A DNA stretch of 64,000 nucleotides from Eledone cirrhosa (lineage: Eukaryota). Positions 48,160-61,915 of the stretch are shown here, piece by piece. Made by a program: the position numbers and the translations under genes. The notes under the pieces are model-generated. The model saw only the letters and a program-made list of their open reading frames with translations. It was not told the origin of the DNA and did not search any database. Numbering within the stretch: the stretch's first letter is position 1; the number at the start of each line of letters is the position of its first letter. The stretch spans positions 267,096,001 through 267,160,000 of the forward strand of contig OZ024741.1 of NCBI GenBank assembly GCA_964016885.1, in the 5' to 3' direction.

Positions 48160-49195
48160 GCTACCACCGGTATTTTTATCGAAACACCATCTCTAGAAAG
48201 ATTATCGATCTAGACTGGTGCTTCTCAAACTAGGTGCCGCAGGATATAATTAGGAGCACCGCGAAAGAGCAAGATTCTATTTCAAAAATGTAAAAAATGC
48301 AGATTGAAATTCCTATTAAAGTTGAAAGTAGGAAACAAACTATGAATGAAAACCTGTTTACCATTGATAACTTTGCTCCATTTATTGACTAAAAAAGAAA
48401 GTACAAATATTTTTTTTAATGTGTTTCTAAAATAATCTATATTTCTACTTTATGCTATGCTAATATGTATAACTTCATCTTTTGAATAGATTTTCAAATT
48501 TAGGTACAAAGTACACTAAAATGTTTTTACTTTTTCTAAAGCGCGCAGCAAGTAAAAAACAAACAAACAAAACAGTTTGAGCTTAAAAAACTCTTCTTAC
48601 TCATCTCAGAACGTAAAGAGATGAAACTATATGCTACAAAGCATGTCCGATTCCCTAACGATACTGCCAATCGACCGCCCTAATAACAATGATTTCTGAT
48701 AAGGGCACAAGGCCAAGAATTTTGGGGAGGAGAAAGTCGTCCCTACTACTTTATTTTACCGACCCCGTAAGGATGAAAAACTAAGCTGACCTCGACGGGA
48801 TTTGAATTCAGAATGTGAAGAGCCGTAACTATAGGCTTTGTGGCATATTACGTTCTGAGTTCAAACCCCGCCGAGATTAGCTACGGGTTCAATAAAATAA
48901 AGTGCACTGAGGTCGATAAAATCGACTTTCCTCTCCAAAATTATTGGCCTTGTGCTTAAATCAGAAACAAATTATTAATATTTGCCTTACAAAGGTGATG
49001 GAGTGGCAATATCAGTAGAGCGTCGGACAATATGCTTTGCGGTATATAGTTACGTCCCTCTACGTTCTGAGTTCAAATCTTGCTGAGGTTAGCTTTGCCT
49101 TTCATCCTTACGGAGTCGATAAAATAAAATACCAGTAACGCACCGGGTTCGATTTAATCGACTCTTATCCTCCCATTCCAATTGTTGGCCTTAAG
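47838..49195. mobile_element. SINE family A cluster (plus copies at 47838-47990, 48845-48968 and 48993-49195; minus copies at 48605-48835)
   Basis: The body motif is present in both orientations. Confidence 0.85.
48215..48582. mobile_element. Possible hAT-type MITE remnant
   Basis: CTGGTGCTTCTCAAACT ... AGTTTGAG resembles hAT/Charlie TIRs and sits next to TCTAGA. Confidence 0.35.
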
Positions 49196-49654
49196 ATAAA
49201 CATTGGTTGCCAGATAATTTAACTATGGAGATATAAAAGATACAGAAGCGAAAACCAACCCCAACCAAACAGTGAGTGTGTTCTGTAATTATTTCTGGCA
49301 ATATTATAACAATATGGCCCTCCCCAAATATGGTGTATACGTTCGTATGTGCGTGGGTTCTGTATGTGCGTGCGTGTTTTTTTGTTTTTGTTTTGTTTTT
49401 GTTTTTGTTTTTGTTTTTGTATTTGCATACTCATGGCGAGTGTTTCCGCGTATGCTTGCGTATGTAGGTATATGGATGCGTGTATATATATCTATTTATT
49501 AATTTCAAGAACGTCATTATTCCGTGTCATAATTCTCGATTATCATTGGTTCATAGGTTTCAAACGACTCCGCCCACCTCAACGACGCCAAACTGAAATT
49601 AATATGCATAATGCCAATGAGGGAGTGAGAGGAGAGTGTGAACGCTGTGTTCAA

Positions 49655-50255
49655 TAACTATTAACATGTGTGCGTGTGTATGTACTTGTGGGTGTGTTTG
49701 TGTGTGTGCGTGCAGCGTTCCACAGAAAGTAAAAACTATCAACACGTGTGAGTGCGCGCGTGTGTAAGTTTCCGTGCGTGTGCGCGTTTCCATGCGTGTA
49801 TGTGTGTGGCGTTCCACAATCGCCACGCAGTTTATCTGTCTGTGTGCCTGTCTGTCAGTCTAACATACACAGAGTTGTGAAGGGAGTAAATAGGGACCTT
49901 TCTTTACATTGCCGAGCATCTTTTATATTTATTATTGTCATTTTTTATACACTATGTATATGTGTCAGTGTAGAGACATGTGTGTGATGTGTGTGGAACT
50001 AAGGGGGGACGGAAAAGCAATAACTATTAACATGTGTGCGTGTGTATGTACGTGCGCATATGTTTATGTGTGTGTGCGTGTGCGCACGTTTCCGTGCGTG
50101 TGCGCGTTTCCATGCGTGTGGCGTTCCACAATCGCCACGCATCTTATCTGTCTGTGTGCCTGTCTGTTAGTCTAACATACACAGAGTTGTGAAGGGAGTA
50201 AATAGGGACCTTTCTTTACATTGCTGGACATCTTTTATATTTATTATTGTGTCAT
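49655..50255 (+). repeat. Two direct repeats of about 240-280 bp in front of the Helitron ORF
   Basis: TAACTATTAACATGTGTGCG...TAAATAGGGACCTTTCTTTACATTGC..CATCTTTTATATTTATTATTG at 49655-49940 and 50018-50255. Confidence 0.85.
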
Positions 50256-51388
50256 TTTTTGACAATTGCTCGAAATGTATACTGATAATAAAAGCAATTC
50301 GACTTTATCAAACAGCGACGGCGTGCAGCCAGCAATGAAGAAAAACTGGCCGAACAGCGCCATCGGAACGCCGAACTTCAGAGGCGAAGATGTGCCGCCA
50401 TGAATGAAGAGGAGCTGGCTGAACAACGCCAACGAAACACTGGAGCTAAGCAGCGACTGGCTGAGCATCATCAGCAGATGGTCAGAATTCAGCTGCAATG
50501 GCTGAAGAGCAGCTGGCTGAACAGCGCCAGCGCAATACAGAAGTTCAGAGAATGTGTCGCCAAAGTGCTCCTCATTCCAGTAAAGAGGCTAGAAGGCAAA
50601 CGAATGATATTAAAAATGGATCATGGCAACCGTGTCATTTTCAGATGGTGGACGAGCAGAGTCTCCACATTGTGGAGCATTGCTTTGGAGGCACGAAAAG
50701 ACGTGGACCACAATGTGCTGTCATAAATGGTAGTTCAACTAGAACCCTTGTGAATGCCGGATGATAAGGAGTCACCGGAGTTTAAAATACTAAGTATGTG
50801 GGGTGATCAAGGAGACCGAGGTAGATTACTGCGCAAATATTCGCGGCAAATTAACAATTCATTAGCTTTAGCATCGCAGAGAGTTAGTGAGATGTTTGAG
50901 AGTGGAGCATGGCAACCGAATGTAGTCATTCAAGGCTGTTTGTATCATTGTATTGGTAATTTAGAAGTTACCCCAGGAGAGACCTCGATTCGCTCAAATT
51001 TACGTTAACGATCCAGATTATAGTGAATCGGAGGAGGATATCAGAGTCGGTTGGATGAAGTTGCCGGGAAATATAACTGAACTTGAACGGCAAAGGTTAA
51101 GTGATTTGATCCGTGATTTGCAATCATGGCTTAGACAGTGTAATCCTTATGTTATGGATTTCATGTTGGTGGCTCAACTGCAAAATGTTCAGCAGCAAAC
51201 ATTGGTGATTAAGGCTGATGCAATGCCAAGGAATCAACACGAACGGCGATATAATGCCTCTGAAGGATTTCGTGAAGTTGCTGTGTTGATGGACGATAAG
51301 CCTGGATCGAGAGATATCGTCCTCAATCGCAGAGATGGTTGTCTCAAGACTATCAATGAGTCAAATAGGGCATACGATCCATTGCATT

Positions 51389-54300
51389 CATCGTTTAACG
51401 TCCATATTCCACGCTTGCATGAGTTTGGACGGGAGTTTTTCCACTTGAGGCAAGAGTGGTTGTCTTGCTCGCATAGGACTGTCTGGCGGGTTTTCTACGG
51501 CTGGATGCCCTTCCTAACACCAACCACATTTACAGTGTGGAACTGGGAGGTTTTTACCGTGTTACCTACACGGCCACATTACAGCGTGGACTGTTTTTTT
51601 GAAGTGACACCTACACGACCTCATTTGTTTCGGGCTGGATGTTGTGGTACCAACATAACTTTACATTGAATGGGGTGGGGGTAGTGGGACGGGGGTGTAT
51701 TTTGCTAGAGGTGCCTACTGACTGTAGTAGGTTTCACTTTGCACTTAGGTAAGGCGGGTCTTCTCTATTACTGTGTAGCGCCAAAGATCTCGGTCCAGTG
51801 ACATTGTCTTGGAGAGGTGTAAGTGTGTGAGGTCGGAATTTATCAAGTCGTCCCAGGTTTTTCTGGGTCTGCCTACTCCGTGGCTACCGTCTATTTTTAT
51901 TGCCCTGCACTTTTTTATACAGCTGTCGTCTTTCATGTGCATCACGTGACCATACCAACGTAGCCTTCTCTCGACTAAACAGCATCTGATTCCTCTTATT
52001 TCTAATTTTTCCCTTAGTTCGTTTATGCTTTGCCGTTCACATATATTACTATTACACATCCAGCGGAGCATGCAAGCTTCGTTCCTCTCCAGTCTGCGTA
52101 TATCCTCTGCACACAATGCCCATGTCTCACTGCCATGCAACATTGCTGTTCGTATGCAGGCATCATACAGCCTGCCTTTCATTTTTAGGGAGAACCCTTT
52201 AGCGGCTAATAGTGGTATAAGCTCTCTGAACTTTTTCCATCCAGTTCTGACTCTAGCTACTGTACTTTCAGAACACCCTCCCCCACTGCTGATTTTGTCA
52301 CCCAGGTAACGGAAGCTGTCCACTATTTCTATAGAACCATCTGTGCAATGGAATGAGCTAGTATTCTGTGGGCACTTGCTGCTACTTATTGCACCAGAGC
52401 ACCGGCCACATATAAAATCTATGTTCTTAGTTAGCTTACCTGTGATCCCACTACATCTTTTATGCACCCATACTTTGCATTTGGGACATAAAATGGAGTT
52501 TCTACTTACTCCTTTCCTACACACTGAACATGGCCATTTCCCCGGATGCAACCGGTGCCCTATTTTCCTTCCTACAAACTAGAACTTTAGTCTCTTAGAC
52601 AGGTTAATTTTAAGGCCTTTTGATTCTAAGCCATGCTTCCATGTTTGGAATTTCTTCTCTAGTTCGGCCATTGATTCAGCTATGAGCGTTTGATCATCTG
52701 CGTATAGGAGTTCCCATGGGCAGCCGGTCTTGAACTCCACTGTTATAGCCTGAAGGGCAATAATAAATAGTAGGGGGCTAAGAACGGAGCCCTGATGAAC
52801 ACCAACTTTTATGCTAAACTCTTCACTATATTCGTTGTTAATTCTAACCTTGCTGACTGTTTCTTTATACATGGCTTGTATAGCTCTCACAAGCCATTCG
52901 TCGACACCTAGTTTTCTAACGGCCCACCAGATAATGGAACGGGGGACTCTGTCGAAGGCTTTCTCCAAGTTGACAAAAGCTAAGTATAGGGGTTTACTTT
53001 TAGCTAGGTACTTCTCCTGTAGTTGTCGTACAATGAAAAGAGCGTCTGTGGTACTTTTGCCTGACACAAACCCGAACTGCATTTCATCTAGATCAATTCT
53101 GTCTCTGATTAGTTGCGCTATTACTTTTTTTGTGACCTTCATGACCTGGTCGATTAATTTAATGCCTCTATAGTTTCTGCTATCTAGGGCATCTCCTTTA
53201 CCCTTGTAGCAGTTAATGATGATGCTGCTACGCCAGTCCTTTGGAACAACCCCATTCTGTATGACTTGGTTTACTATCCGGGTGACCATGGTGTGTCCCA
53301 CCGCTCCAGAAGCTTTCAGCATTTCAGCAACTATTTCCGAAGGCCCAGCCGCCTTACCCCTCTTCATATCTTTGATTGCCTTACTTATTATACTACCTTC
53401 GACTAACACTGCTGATCCCTCTATTGTCCATTTATTCTCCTCATTTAGTAGCCTTTCGTAGTGACACTTCCAAGCTACCTTATCAGCGTCAGTGATGGCA
53501 AGTACACCATCATCATTAAGTACACACTTCTCCCCGACAATATCACGGTTTTCCTTGACACATTGCCTAGCAATCCTGAACACCTCACGTTTTTGGTCCT
53601 CGCGTTGTAGAACATGCTTGAACCTTCTTTCCTCTGCTTCCCTTCTTGCGAAGTACACTTGTCTCCTAGCTTCCCTCCTGGCCACTTGATAGTCTTCTCC
53701 ACTTCCCCCCATCCTGCCATTCTTTCCAAGCCTGCTTTTTGGCCTTAATTGACTCCTCCACCTTACTGTTCCACTACCATGTTACTCTCCACCTGCCTAT
53801 AGGCCTGCTCCAACCACAGACTTCGTCTGCCGCCATCAGCAGGTTTGCTTTCAGGAATTTCCACTGTATTGTATGACTCTAAATGCTCTTCCTTACTGTC
53901 GAAAGCATCAAGTAATATGCTTTTAAATTTATTTCTGGCTGTGTTGTCCTTTAGCTTCCATATTTTTCTCCTGAGGATAGTCCTCTTCTGCTGTCGAGTA
54001 CGTCTCGTCCTGACTATGAGATCGCTAATTATCAGTCTATGTTGGGAGGTGCATTCTTCATGGGGAGGGATTTAGTGTTTACAACAGACACTCTGTCACG
54101 TCTTCTGGTAAGAGCGGCCTTTTAAGGTGCCTACATTCATGGTACCAACTCTGAAGTTTTGGATTGCGTTTGGTGGGTGGGGTGCGGGGAGGGGTGAAGG
54201 GGTTATGTTGGCCATCCACGGCCGCAACAAAGAGGAGGGGGCCTTGCCCTTTCGTCCGGCAGCATGAGGTGAATTTGTCGTTATCTTTGGCATTGTCTTC

Positions 54301-54936
54301 GAGTGTCCAGATTCTTCAGACTCTCCAGAAATTCCTTAGTCCATCCATCATATCGAAAAGCAACGAGAAATGATAGCATAGGCCGTTAACTTGTGATTGG
54401 TCCAAATAATAAAGGTGGAGAGTGGGGGCGGGCGGGAGGGGTATGGGGTAGTTAGCGAGGAGAAGATTATTTAGAACAGTGTGACAGAATTATAGAATAG
54501 CAATTATGAAGTAGGTTTTGGATTCTGGGCGATTATAGATATATGGATGAATGAACCGAAGGGTGGGGAGGCAAGAAGAAAATGTTATTTATACGTTACA
54601 TTTCGTAGAAGTGGACTGACCATTAATAAGAGTTGACAAATTCTGAGTTTTTTCCCTCGTAACAGGCTTATTTATATTTGGTGCGAGTAGGGAGTGAGAG
54701 AGAGAGATTGAGAGAGGGGCGTATATGATAGAGAGAGTGGGGGTGAAAGCGATTTAGAGGGCCGAGAGAAGCCATTTTTATGAATCCTGGAAAAAAAAAT
54801 TTTCGGCCAAAATGGTAGCGAGAAGATTATTTAGAACAAGCGTGGAGAAGATTATTTAGATCAGTGAGACAGAATTATAGAATAGCAATTATGAAGTAGG
54901 ATTTGGATTCTGGGCGATTATAGATATATGGATGAA
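51389..54936 (-). mobile_element. Near full-length RTE LINE subfamily C with most of the APE endonuclease deleted and a partly duplicated 5'UTR
   Basis: The ORF start MPKITT..FRVGTMNVGTLKGRS (54293) jumps to EECTSQHRLIISD. RT spans 51745-53712. A block of about 90 bp is repeated at 54460-54550 and 54845-54936. Confidence 0.92.
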
Positions 54937-57900
54937 GTTCTTTTATTCCCAAAAGGTGAAAATGGATGGAACATGTCTGTTCATTTAGATGATCATGAGA
55001 ATCAGCATCAACAGGGAGGTGGCAATAGACACAATAATTCGATTCGCAACTTTTACGCGTTCCATTTAAACGAGAGGAATCAACAGAGAAATGCACTATT
55101 TCAAGCCAGCAGATTGTTCCAGGAATACTGTTGTATGGCATTCGCAAAGATTGAAAATCAAAGGCTAAATTATATAGCTACACATCAGCAACATATCAGA
55201 GCTGAATTGTATAATAATATACAGGATGCGATAACAGCTGATGATGCCAATTACAAGCAAATTGGTCGACGCATCATTTTGCCATCGGCGGCCCGAGATA
55301 TATGAACATTCGCTATCAGGATGCAATGGCTATTGTCAGAAAGTTTGGAAAGCCAGATTTGTTTATAACAATCCTGAATGGACTGATATTAAGGATGCAC
55401 TTTTGCCAGGACAACAGCCAAAGGACCGTCCTGATATTGTGGCAAGAGTATTCAAAGGATATCTGAAAAAGATAATGGATGATGTGGAAAAAGAGGGAAT
55501 CTTTTTGAGGTATAGTTGCTTTTACATACGTAATTGAATTCCAAAAAAGAGGATTGCCATATGCACATTTGCTGATCATTTTACATAGAGATTGCAAATT
55601 GAGATGTGCTGAGGATGTCAACAGCATTGTGTGTGCTGAACTGCCGGAGAATGAGGCACTACGCAACTTGGTGGCAAAGTCAATGGTGCACAACCAATGC
55701 GGAGTGGCAAATCGGAAAGCGCCTTGCATGAAAAATGGCCAATGCAGTAAGCACTTTCCGAAATCTTTTGTCACGAACACTTCCTGGAATGATGGGGATA
55801 CTCATCCCTCATACAGAAGACGGTCGCCTGCCGATGGCAGTTTGGTTGAAAATGTAAACGGTCGACAGATTACAAATCAATGGGTTTGCCATACAATCCA
55901 TATGTGATTATGAAATATCGTTGAAAGCTTGCAAATATCTATTCAAATATGTTTACAAAGGTCATGATCGGGCAATGGTCAATGTCAGGAATGAGGAAGC
56001 AAACCAAGGAGATGAAGTTGGCAGATTCCAGGATGTTCGCTTGATTGGATCTAGTGAAGCTTGCTGGAGATTATTCGATTTTGATCTCAATGAACACAAA
56101 CCCAGCGTTCAGAAACTGACGGTTCACTTAGAGAATAGGCAAATGCTCTGTTTTCAGGACACTAGAAGAGGTGTCGAAAGAATTGCTAACGCACCACCTC
56201 CTAAGACGGAATTGACTGAGTGGTTCAAGCATAATAGGGAACATGCTTTGAACCCGGATCAAAGGCAGCTCTACTGCAATTTCCCTTCGCACTATACATG
56301 GGATAAGAAGGGAAAGAAATGGAATGATAGAAAACAAAAGTTGAGATTCATGACTATTGGACGGGTTTGTAATGTCCATCCAGCATCTGGTGATGTGTTT
56401 TATCTCCAAATTCTGTTGCATAGTGATTTTTCGAGAGGTAAACAGAGCTTCGCTGATTTGAAAACAATCAATGGCGTGGAATATGAAACATACCAGGCTG
56501 TGTGTCAGCATCTGGGACTCCTTCAGGATGACGCTGAATGGAATAACGCCATGGAAGCTGCAGGAACAACACAGATGCCAGCTCAAATAAGGCAGTTGTT
56601 TGTCACGATTCTAGGATTCTGCAATCCTGCCGATCCAAGAGAGTTATTTGAACGCCATTGGGGAATTATGGCTGATGATTTTAGGCATCCTCTTCAGGTC
56701 GATGATGCGCAACTGCTTGAAGTTCATTTCAAATGTTTAACAGATTTCAATTTGCCAATTCCTGATGAAGAAATGCGGCAACGTATCTTAGCATTGAACA
56801 TGAGATTGCAGCTTAGACGGTTGCCACTCGATCGGAGGGAACTATTCCAGTTTGATCCACTGGAACAGCAACGTATTGTGGATGAACGTATGCCAATGTT
56901 GACCCAATCTCAGAGAGAATTGGTCGATGGCGTTCGGCACTCAATTTCCACTAATGAGCAACTTTGTGCTTTCATAGATGCTCCAGGAGGCACCGGAAAG
57001 ACATTCTGTTTCAACACTATGTTATCAGCAGTCAGAGCTCAGAGGAAGATTGCTCTCCCTGTGGCCACCAGTGGGATCGCTGCCACTTTGCTGAGTGGTG
57101 GAAGGACCTTCCACTCATGCTTCAAGGCTCCATTGGCTCCGGATGAGTTGAGTGTCTGTAACATTACAGGACAAAGTGAACTCGCGGGCCTTATATGCAA
57201 TACGTCTCTGATTATTTGGGACGAGACTCCAATGGCACACAGATATTTGCTGGAGGCATTGGACAGAACTTTGAGAGATATCTGCGGTAGTGATCTGCCA
57301 TTCGGTGGTAAGACTATCGTTCTTGGTGGCGATTTCAGACAGGTGCTACCAATTGTTAGAAATGCTCAAAGAGCGCAAATTGTCGATGCATGTCTGAAAA
57401 AGTCCCCGTTGTGGCACCATTTCTGAGTTTTGCGATTACACGGTAATATGCGACTTCGTATGTTCGGGCAAAACGAAGAGGCTGAGACAGTTGGAAAATG
57501 ATGAATTGCCACACATTGGTGATAATCAGACTGTAAGAATCCCAGACCATTTGGTCATGCCACTGGACCGCCAAGCATTGATTGACTGGGTGTTCCCTAA
57601 TTTGAATGCTTTTTGGCAGAATATCTCCTGGATATCGGAATGCGTTATTCTAACTCATACGAATGCAAACGTCGATGAAATAAATTCACAAGTAGCCGGA
57701 ATGTTTCCTGGAGAGGAATGGTTGACCGTCAGTGCGGATGCAATGGAGCCTAATCAGCAGAACAATATGGATGTTCCAACTGAGTATCTGAATTCACTTC
57801 AAATACCCGGATTCCTCCCACATATTTTGAGGTTGAAAAAGGGTATGCCGATTATATTGCTTAGAAATATCAATCATAAAATGGGTCTTTGCAATGGTAC

Positions 57901-58255
57901 CAGATTGATTGTTGGGAGATTGATTAACGGAAGAGTTTTAGAAACTAAACTCCCAGGCAGAGAGGACTCGGTTCTCATTCCGAGGTTCATGCTGAGACCA
58001 AGTGAAGATCTGCTGCCATTTATTTGGCAAAGGGGACAGTTTCCCGTCAATTTGGCCTTCTCCATGACTGTTAACAAGGCACAGGAACAGACTTTCAAGC
58101 GAGTCAGTGTCTACTTGAATGATCCAGCATTCAGCCATGGGCAACTGTATGTTGCTGCATCTCGAATGTGCGATCCTGGTGGTGTAAAATTTGCAATTGA
58201 TACCACTAACAGAGGAACAACCCTGAATATTGTCTATAATGAAGCTTTGAGCTGA

Positions 58256-58620
58256 TGTATGCATATCTTTAATGCTATCAATAAGCGATGTAAATGATTC
58301 GGACATTGGTGTCCTTTGATCAGTATTGTGAGCTTTGACAGAGTTATCATTTATGTTCAATGTCATTTAATGTCGTTATGAGCAATAAAAACAAACAAGT
58401 ATTGGTAAGAATTGCTTTCACTGCTATGTTGAGCAATAAATACTAACAAGTATTGGTAGAAATTGCCTTCACTGCTATGAATATTCGACGTAAATGATTC
58501 AGACATTGGTGTCCTTTGATCAGTATTGTGAGCTTTGACAGAGTTATCATTTCTGTTCAATGTCATTTATTGTCAATAATGAGCAATAAAAACCAACAAG
58601 TATTGGTAGAAATTGCATTC
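58256..58620 (+). repeat. Tandem repeats in the Helitron 3' region
   Basis: GTAAATGATTC.GACATTGGTGTCCTTTGATCAG occurs twice, about 200 bp apart. GAGCAATAAA..AACAAGTATTGGTA occurs three times. Confidence 0.85.
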
Positions 58621-59020
58621 AAATTTATCGCTTCTGATAGCGGTGGTAATAAAACCTCATCATATGCTGAGTCTGGCAAAAGGTTTGGTGCCTATGGCCG
58701 ACCAGGGCTAGTGTAATATTGAAAAACGATTCTATTTTCGAAGTAGAAGGATCCGCCATTTGGAGTTCAAACCAGGCCACCTCTCCGAGTTGAACTCTGG
58801 GCAATATTGACTGTCTATTACTCAGTGGCTAAGAGCCTGGAAATTACTGAATAAATTTTTGTGTCATATAATTTGTTGTTTTATTATTATAGCTGACCAC
58901 TTATAGATAAGCATGTTATCCATATCCATATTAATTTGGCATTTGTATAAACCATTTCAACTAAATAGGGACCTTTTTTACATTGACGGACATCTTTTAT
59001 ATTAATTATCTATATCTATA

Positions 59021-59368
59021 TCTACATATAATATAAAAGATTGGAACTTCCATCATCCTTTTGAGAAACGTGGAACAACCACGTCTATGCAATGATACAC
59101 GTTTTACAGTCAGGCAGAAGATGAACCATCTCCTAGAGATCACTATTCTAGGTGGGAGCACCTAGAATTGTTCAAATACTATGCACAAACGGTACAACGA
59201 AGAATCTGGTATATCTGGAAGATTTTTTTTTACTGTTTTCTATATCACACAGACACCACGGACTCGCCTCATACTGTAACCAGACAAACATCCCATACAG
59301 TCATTTTCTCTTTTACCAGTCTTCTCTTATCATCTGTTTACCCGGGCGAAGCTGGGTACGTCAGCTAG
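59021..59368 (+). mobile_element. Short non-autonomous Helitron
   Basis: A|TC start, helicase-end remnant SRVGAP..GTTKNLVY, subterminal hairpin ACCCGGGCGAAGCTGGGT, and terminal CTAG|T. Confidence 0.85.
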
Positions 59369-59419
59369 TATATATTTAATTTCAATTACCTCTGTATTTT
59401 ATTTACTTTATTCTTAACT

Positions 59420-59895
59420 CTGAAGCCGAGAATCATTCGGGTACCTAAATAGAATTTTAGTCTATGACTTCAGTTATACCATTTACGTGGTTTTGTCTTC
59501 GCATGTAATTATTTTCATTGCTCCACATAATGACGTATTATCTTCGTTTTTTCCGTTCATTGCCAGAGAACGTCTCCATGAACCACCTAATAGAATATTA
59601 GTCTACGACTTCATTTATACCATAAACGTGGTTTTGTCTTTGCGTGTAATTGTTTTCACCGCACCAAATAATGACGTATTATTTGGTGCAGTGAAATCTT
59701 CGTTTTTTTCCGTTCTTTGCCAGGGAACGTTTCCACGAACCAAAGTATCGTCTTCCCGTCTTCCTTCGGTTGCAACGTTTTTTTAAATATTTACTTCTGC
59801 GTTCACAGATTGACTTTTTTAGTTTCAGAAGATCCTGTTAAAGGTGAAAGCAGCGATTCTTTGCTTAAACTTTAATCTGTTATTTTAATATATAT
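59420..59895 (+). mobile_element. Helitron-related non-coding fragment with an internal duplication
   Basis: Homologous to 36330-36535; a block of about 140 bp is duplicated at 59444 and 59585. Confidence 0.6.
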
Positions 59896-60471
59896 ATATA
59901 TGCGAATGTGTGAGTGCATGCGTGTATAAACCAGCGTTCGAATCGGAGACGCTGGCCACGCAACACGTGCATCATTAACAACAAACGCGAAGAGAGAATC
60001 CCTTAAGTGTGATTCCCAACTTGCTAGAAATAGCAGTCAGTTTGGTTAGCATACCTGGGATGTTTCTCTTCTTTTCTTCTTTCATTTTATAAAATGAGTG
60101 TCAATAAACCTTCCAGGATATACCCTTATTCCATTGCTGTACTTACTTTTCGATTGTCAGTTTTCGATTTTGTGTGATGCGCGAAGGAACCAACCAACAA
60201 ACAAACATCTTTCTTTTATAACTAGGAAAAAAAAAATACTGGGTTGATATGATCGGCTAAAATCCATTAAAGGCAGAGTGCCCCAGCACTGCCGCAGTCT
60301 AATGACTAAGACTAGTAAAAAAAATGACATCAACCATGAGTTGTCTCCCCTAGAGCTGACCTAGAAAGAAAATAAGGAAAAATATTTTTTAATAAAAAAA
60401 AAAGAAAAGTTATATGATGACGGGGGATTTGGTATCAAAAGGGTTAAATGTTTGAATATCATTTTTTTCAG

Positions 60472-60593
60472 GTCATTGGCTTGGGCAAAAGTTTAGATGA
60501 AATCCTCTTGGAAGCTGGCAGGAAGCTAGGAATTACTGCCCGGTCACTCTATACTTCACAAGGCGGCCTCATTGATGACATTAAATTAATCAG
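60472..60593 (+). CDS. KCTD9: KCTD9 coding exon 2 (KHA/DUF3354 domain)
   Basis: TTTTTTTCAG| ... |GTAAGA; encodes VIGLGKSLDEILLEAGRKLGITARSLYTSQGGLIDDIKLI(R), compared with human VVAVYGTLSDLLSVASSKLGIKATSVYNGKGGLIDDIALIR. Confidence 0.93.
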
Positions 60594-61155
60594 GTAAGAC
60601 TTTTATTTATCAATGCAATCAAGCTTTGCTGAGTTAAAGTCTGTCCCAAGCCCAAAGGCTCATCAGGACAGAGTTTATCACAGTTTAATTGGTGGCAAGC
60701 AAATGCAAGTAGAAGGTTCCTCTCTCTTCTGAACAAGGTGCCAGTCCATCATAGTGTTAACTCCCAGCTATTGTTGATACTGAGTGATCAGTAGCAATGT
60801 TTGACAAATTTACACATTGCTCAATCCAGGAATTAAACCCACAAACTCTTTGATTGTAAGTCCAGCAGCAAAACCACTAGGCCACATGCCACACTGACAC
60901 TATAACTAGTGGGCTAGTACTTTCTTTAATGATTCCAAAAGGATGAAAGGCAAAGTGGACCTTGGTGGAATTTGAACTCAGAACACAGAATTGAAACAAA
61001 TATGATGATATATTCTTTCAGAGTTGTACTTGTCTGACACGTGACTTTCTGAGACTGTTTTAGCCATTTAAAAAACATACTAAAACTGTTAAATTCACTT
61101 TACATTCACTATGTACCATACTTTCACTGAGTGTTTTAGGTCTAATGGTATTTAA

Positions 61156-61915
61156 AATAATAATAATAATGAAATTATTGTGTACAGTGCTCAGCTGCAC
61201 TACAACTCGTCAAAGGTGCATGTATAGTACATAGAATAATGTACAAATGCCAGGAAAGTGAACAGTGTATGATTTATGACATACACACAGATACATGTGT
61301 GTGTGTGTATGGAGGCAGAATATCAGGTGTAGTGTTGGCAAATTTCGGAAAGCATGGAAGTTTTGAAGGATGCAGTGTCCTGACAGCTAACAACTGATGC
61401 AGGCAGTTTGTTCTATGCTTCAGCAACTCTGAGCATGAAAAAATGTTTCCGAAAGTCATGGGAACTGTGTTGTTTTCTGACTTTGTGGGCATGCCCACGT
61501 GTGTTAGACTCGTGAAATTCAAAAAGGTGCCCAGGGCTGTTTTTGGCAAGATGGTTAATAATTTTGTGGGTATTTACCAAATCAGTTGCCAGACATCGGA
61601 GTTTCAATGTATCCATGCCCAGGGAAGCAAGGCATTCAGAGTATGGTAGATGCCTTATGGAGGGTATTCGCTTGGTTGCCCGTCTCTGAACAGTTTCCAT
61701 GAGGTCAATATTCTGAGCATTGATAGGGGTAACAGACTGATGATGCAAATTCTAAGTGTGGGCGCACCATAGCTATATACAGCTTTAAATAGATAGCTGG
61801 AGAGTGGCTGACAAAGGTGTTGCTGAGTGATGCCAAGACACCCTTGACAGTTTTAGAGATGTGCTTTGTCCAATTCAAATCACTGCTGACAGTAATGCCC
61901 AGGTCACGTTCACAG
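61156..61915 (-). mobile_element. CR1/L2-group LINE 3' fragment
   Basis: Closely similar to 12986-13735; ETVQRRATKRIP..LPYSE. Confidence 0.9.

Larger units (their letters stand above)
50256..58711 (+). mobile_element. Formerly autonomous Helitron (Rep + PIF1-like helicase pseudogene), interrupted by an RTE LINE
   Basis: An R/E/Q-rich N-terminus and Zn finger are followed by CNPYV and YDPLH|VLLFPKGENGW, split by the insertion. Rep motifs are RLFQEY, DRPDIVARVF, IEFQKRGLPYAH (HUH mutated) and YLFKYVYKG. Helicase motifs are GGTGKT, IWDETPM, LGGDFRQ, FSMTVNKAQ and FSHGQLYVAASR, ending at 58255. A 3' hairpin TGGTGCCTATGGCCGACCA precedes CTAG|T at 58708-58711. The 5' end is uncertain. Confidence 0.92.

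Noticed and set aside
55921-58255. Host PIF1 helicase gene
   Set aside because: It is fused to Helitron Rep motifs, frameshifted and intronless, with a Helitron 3' terminus.
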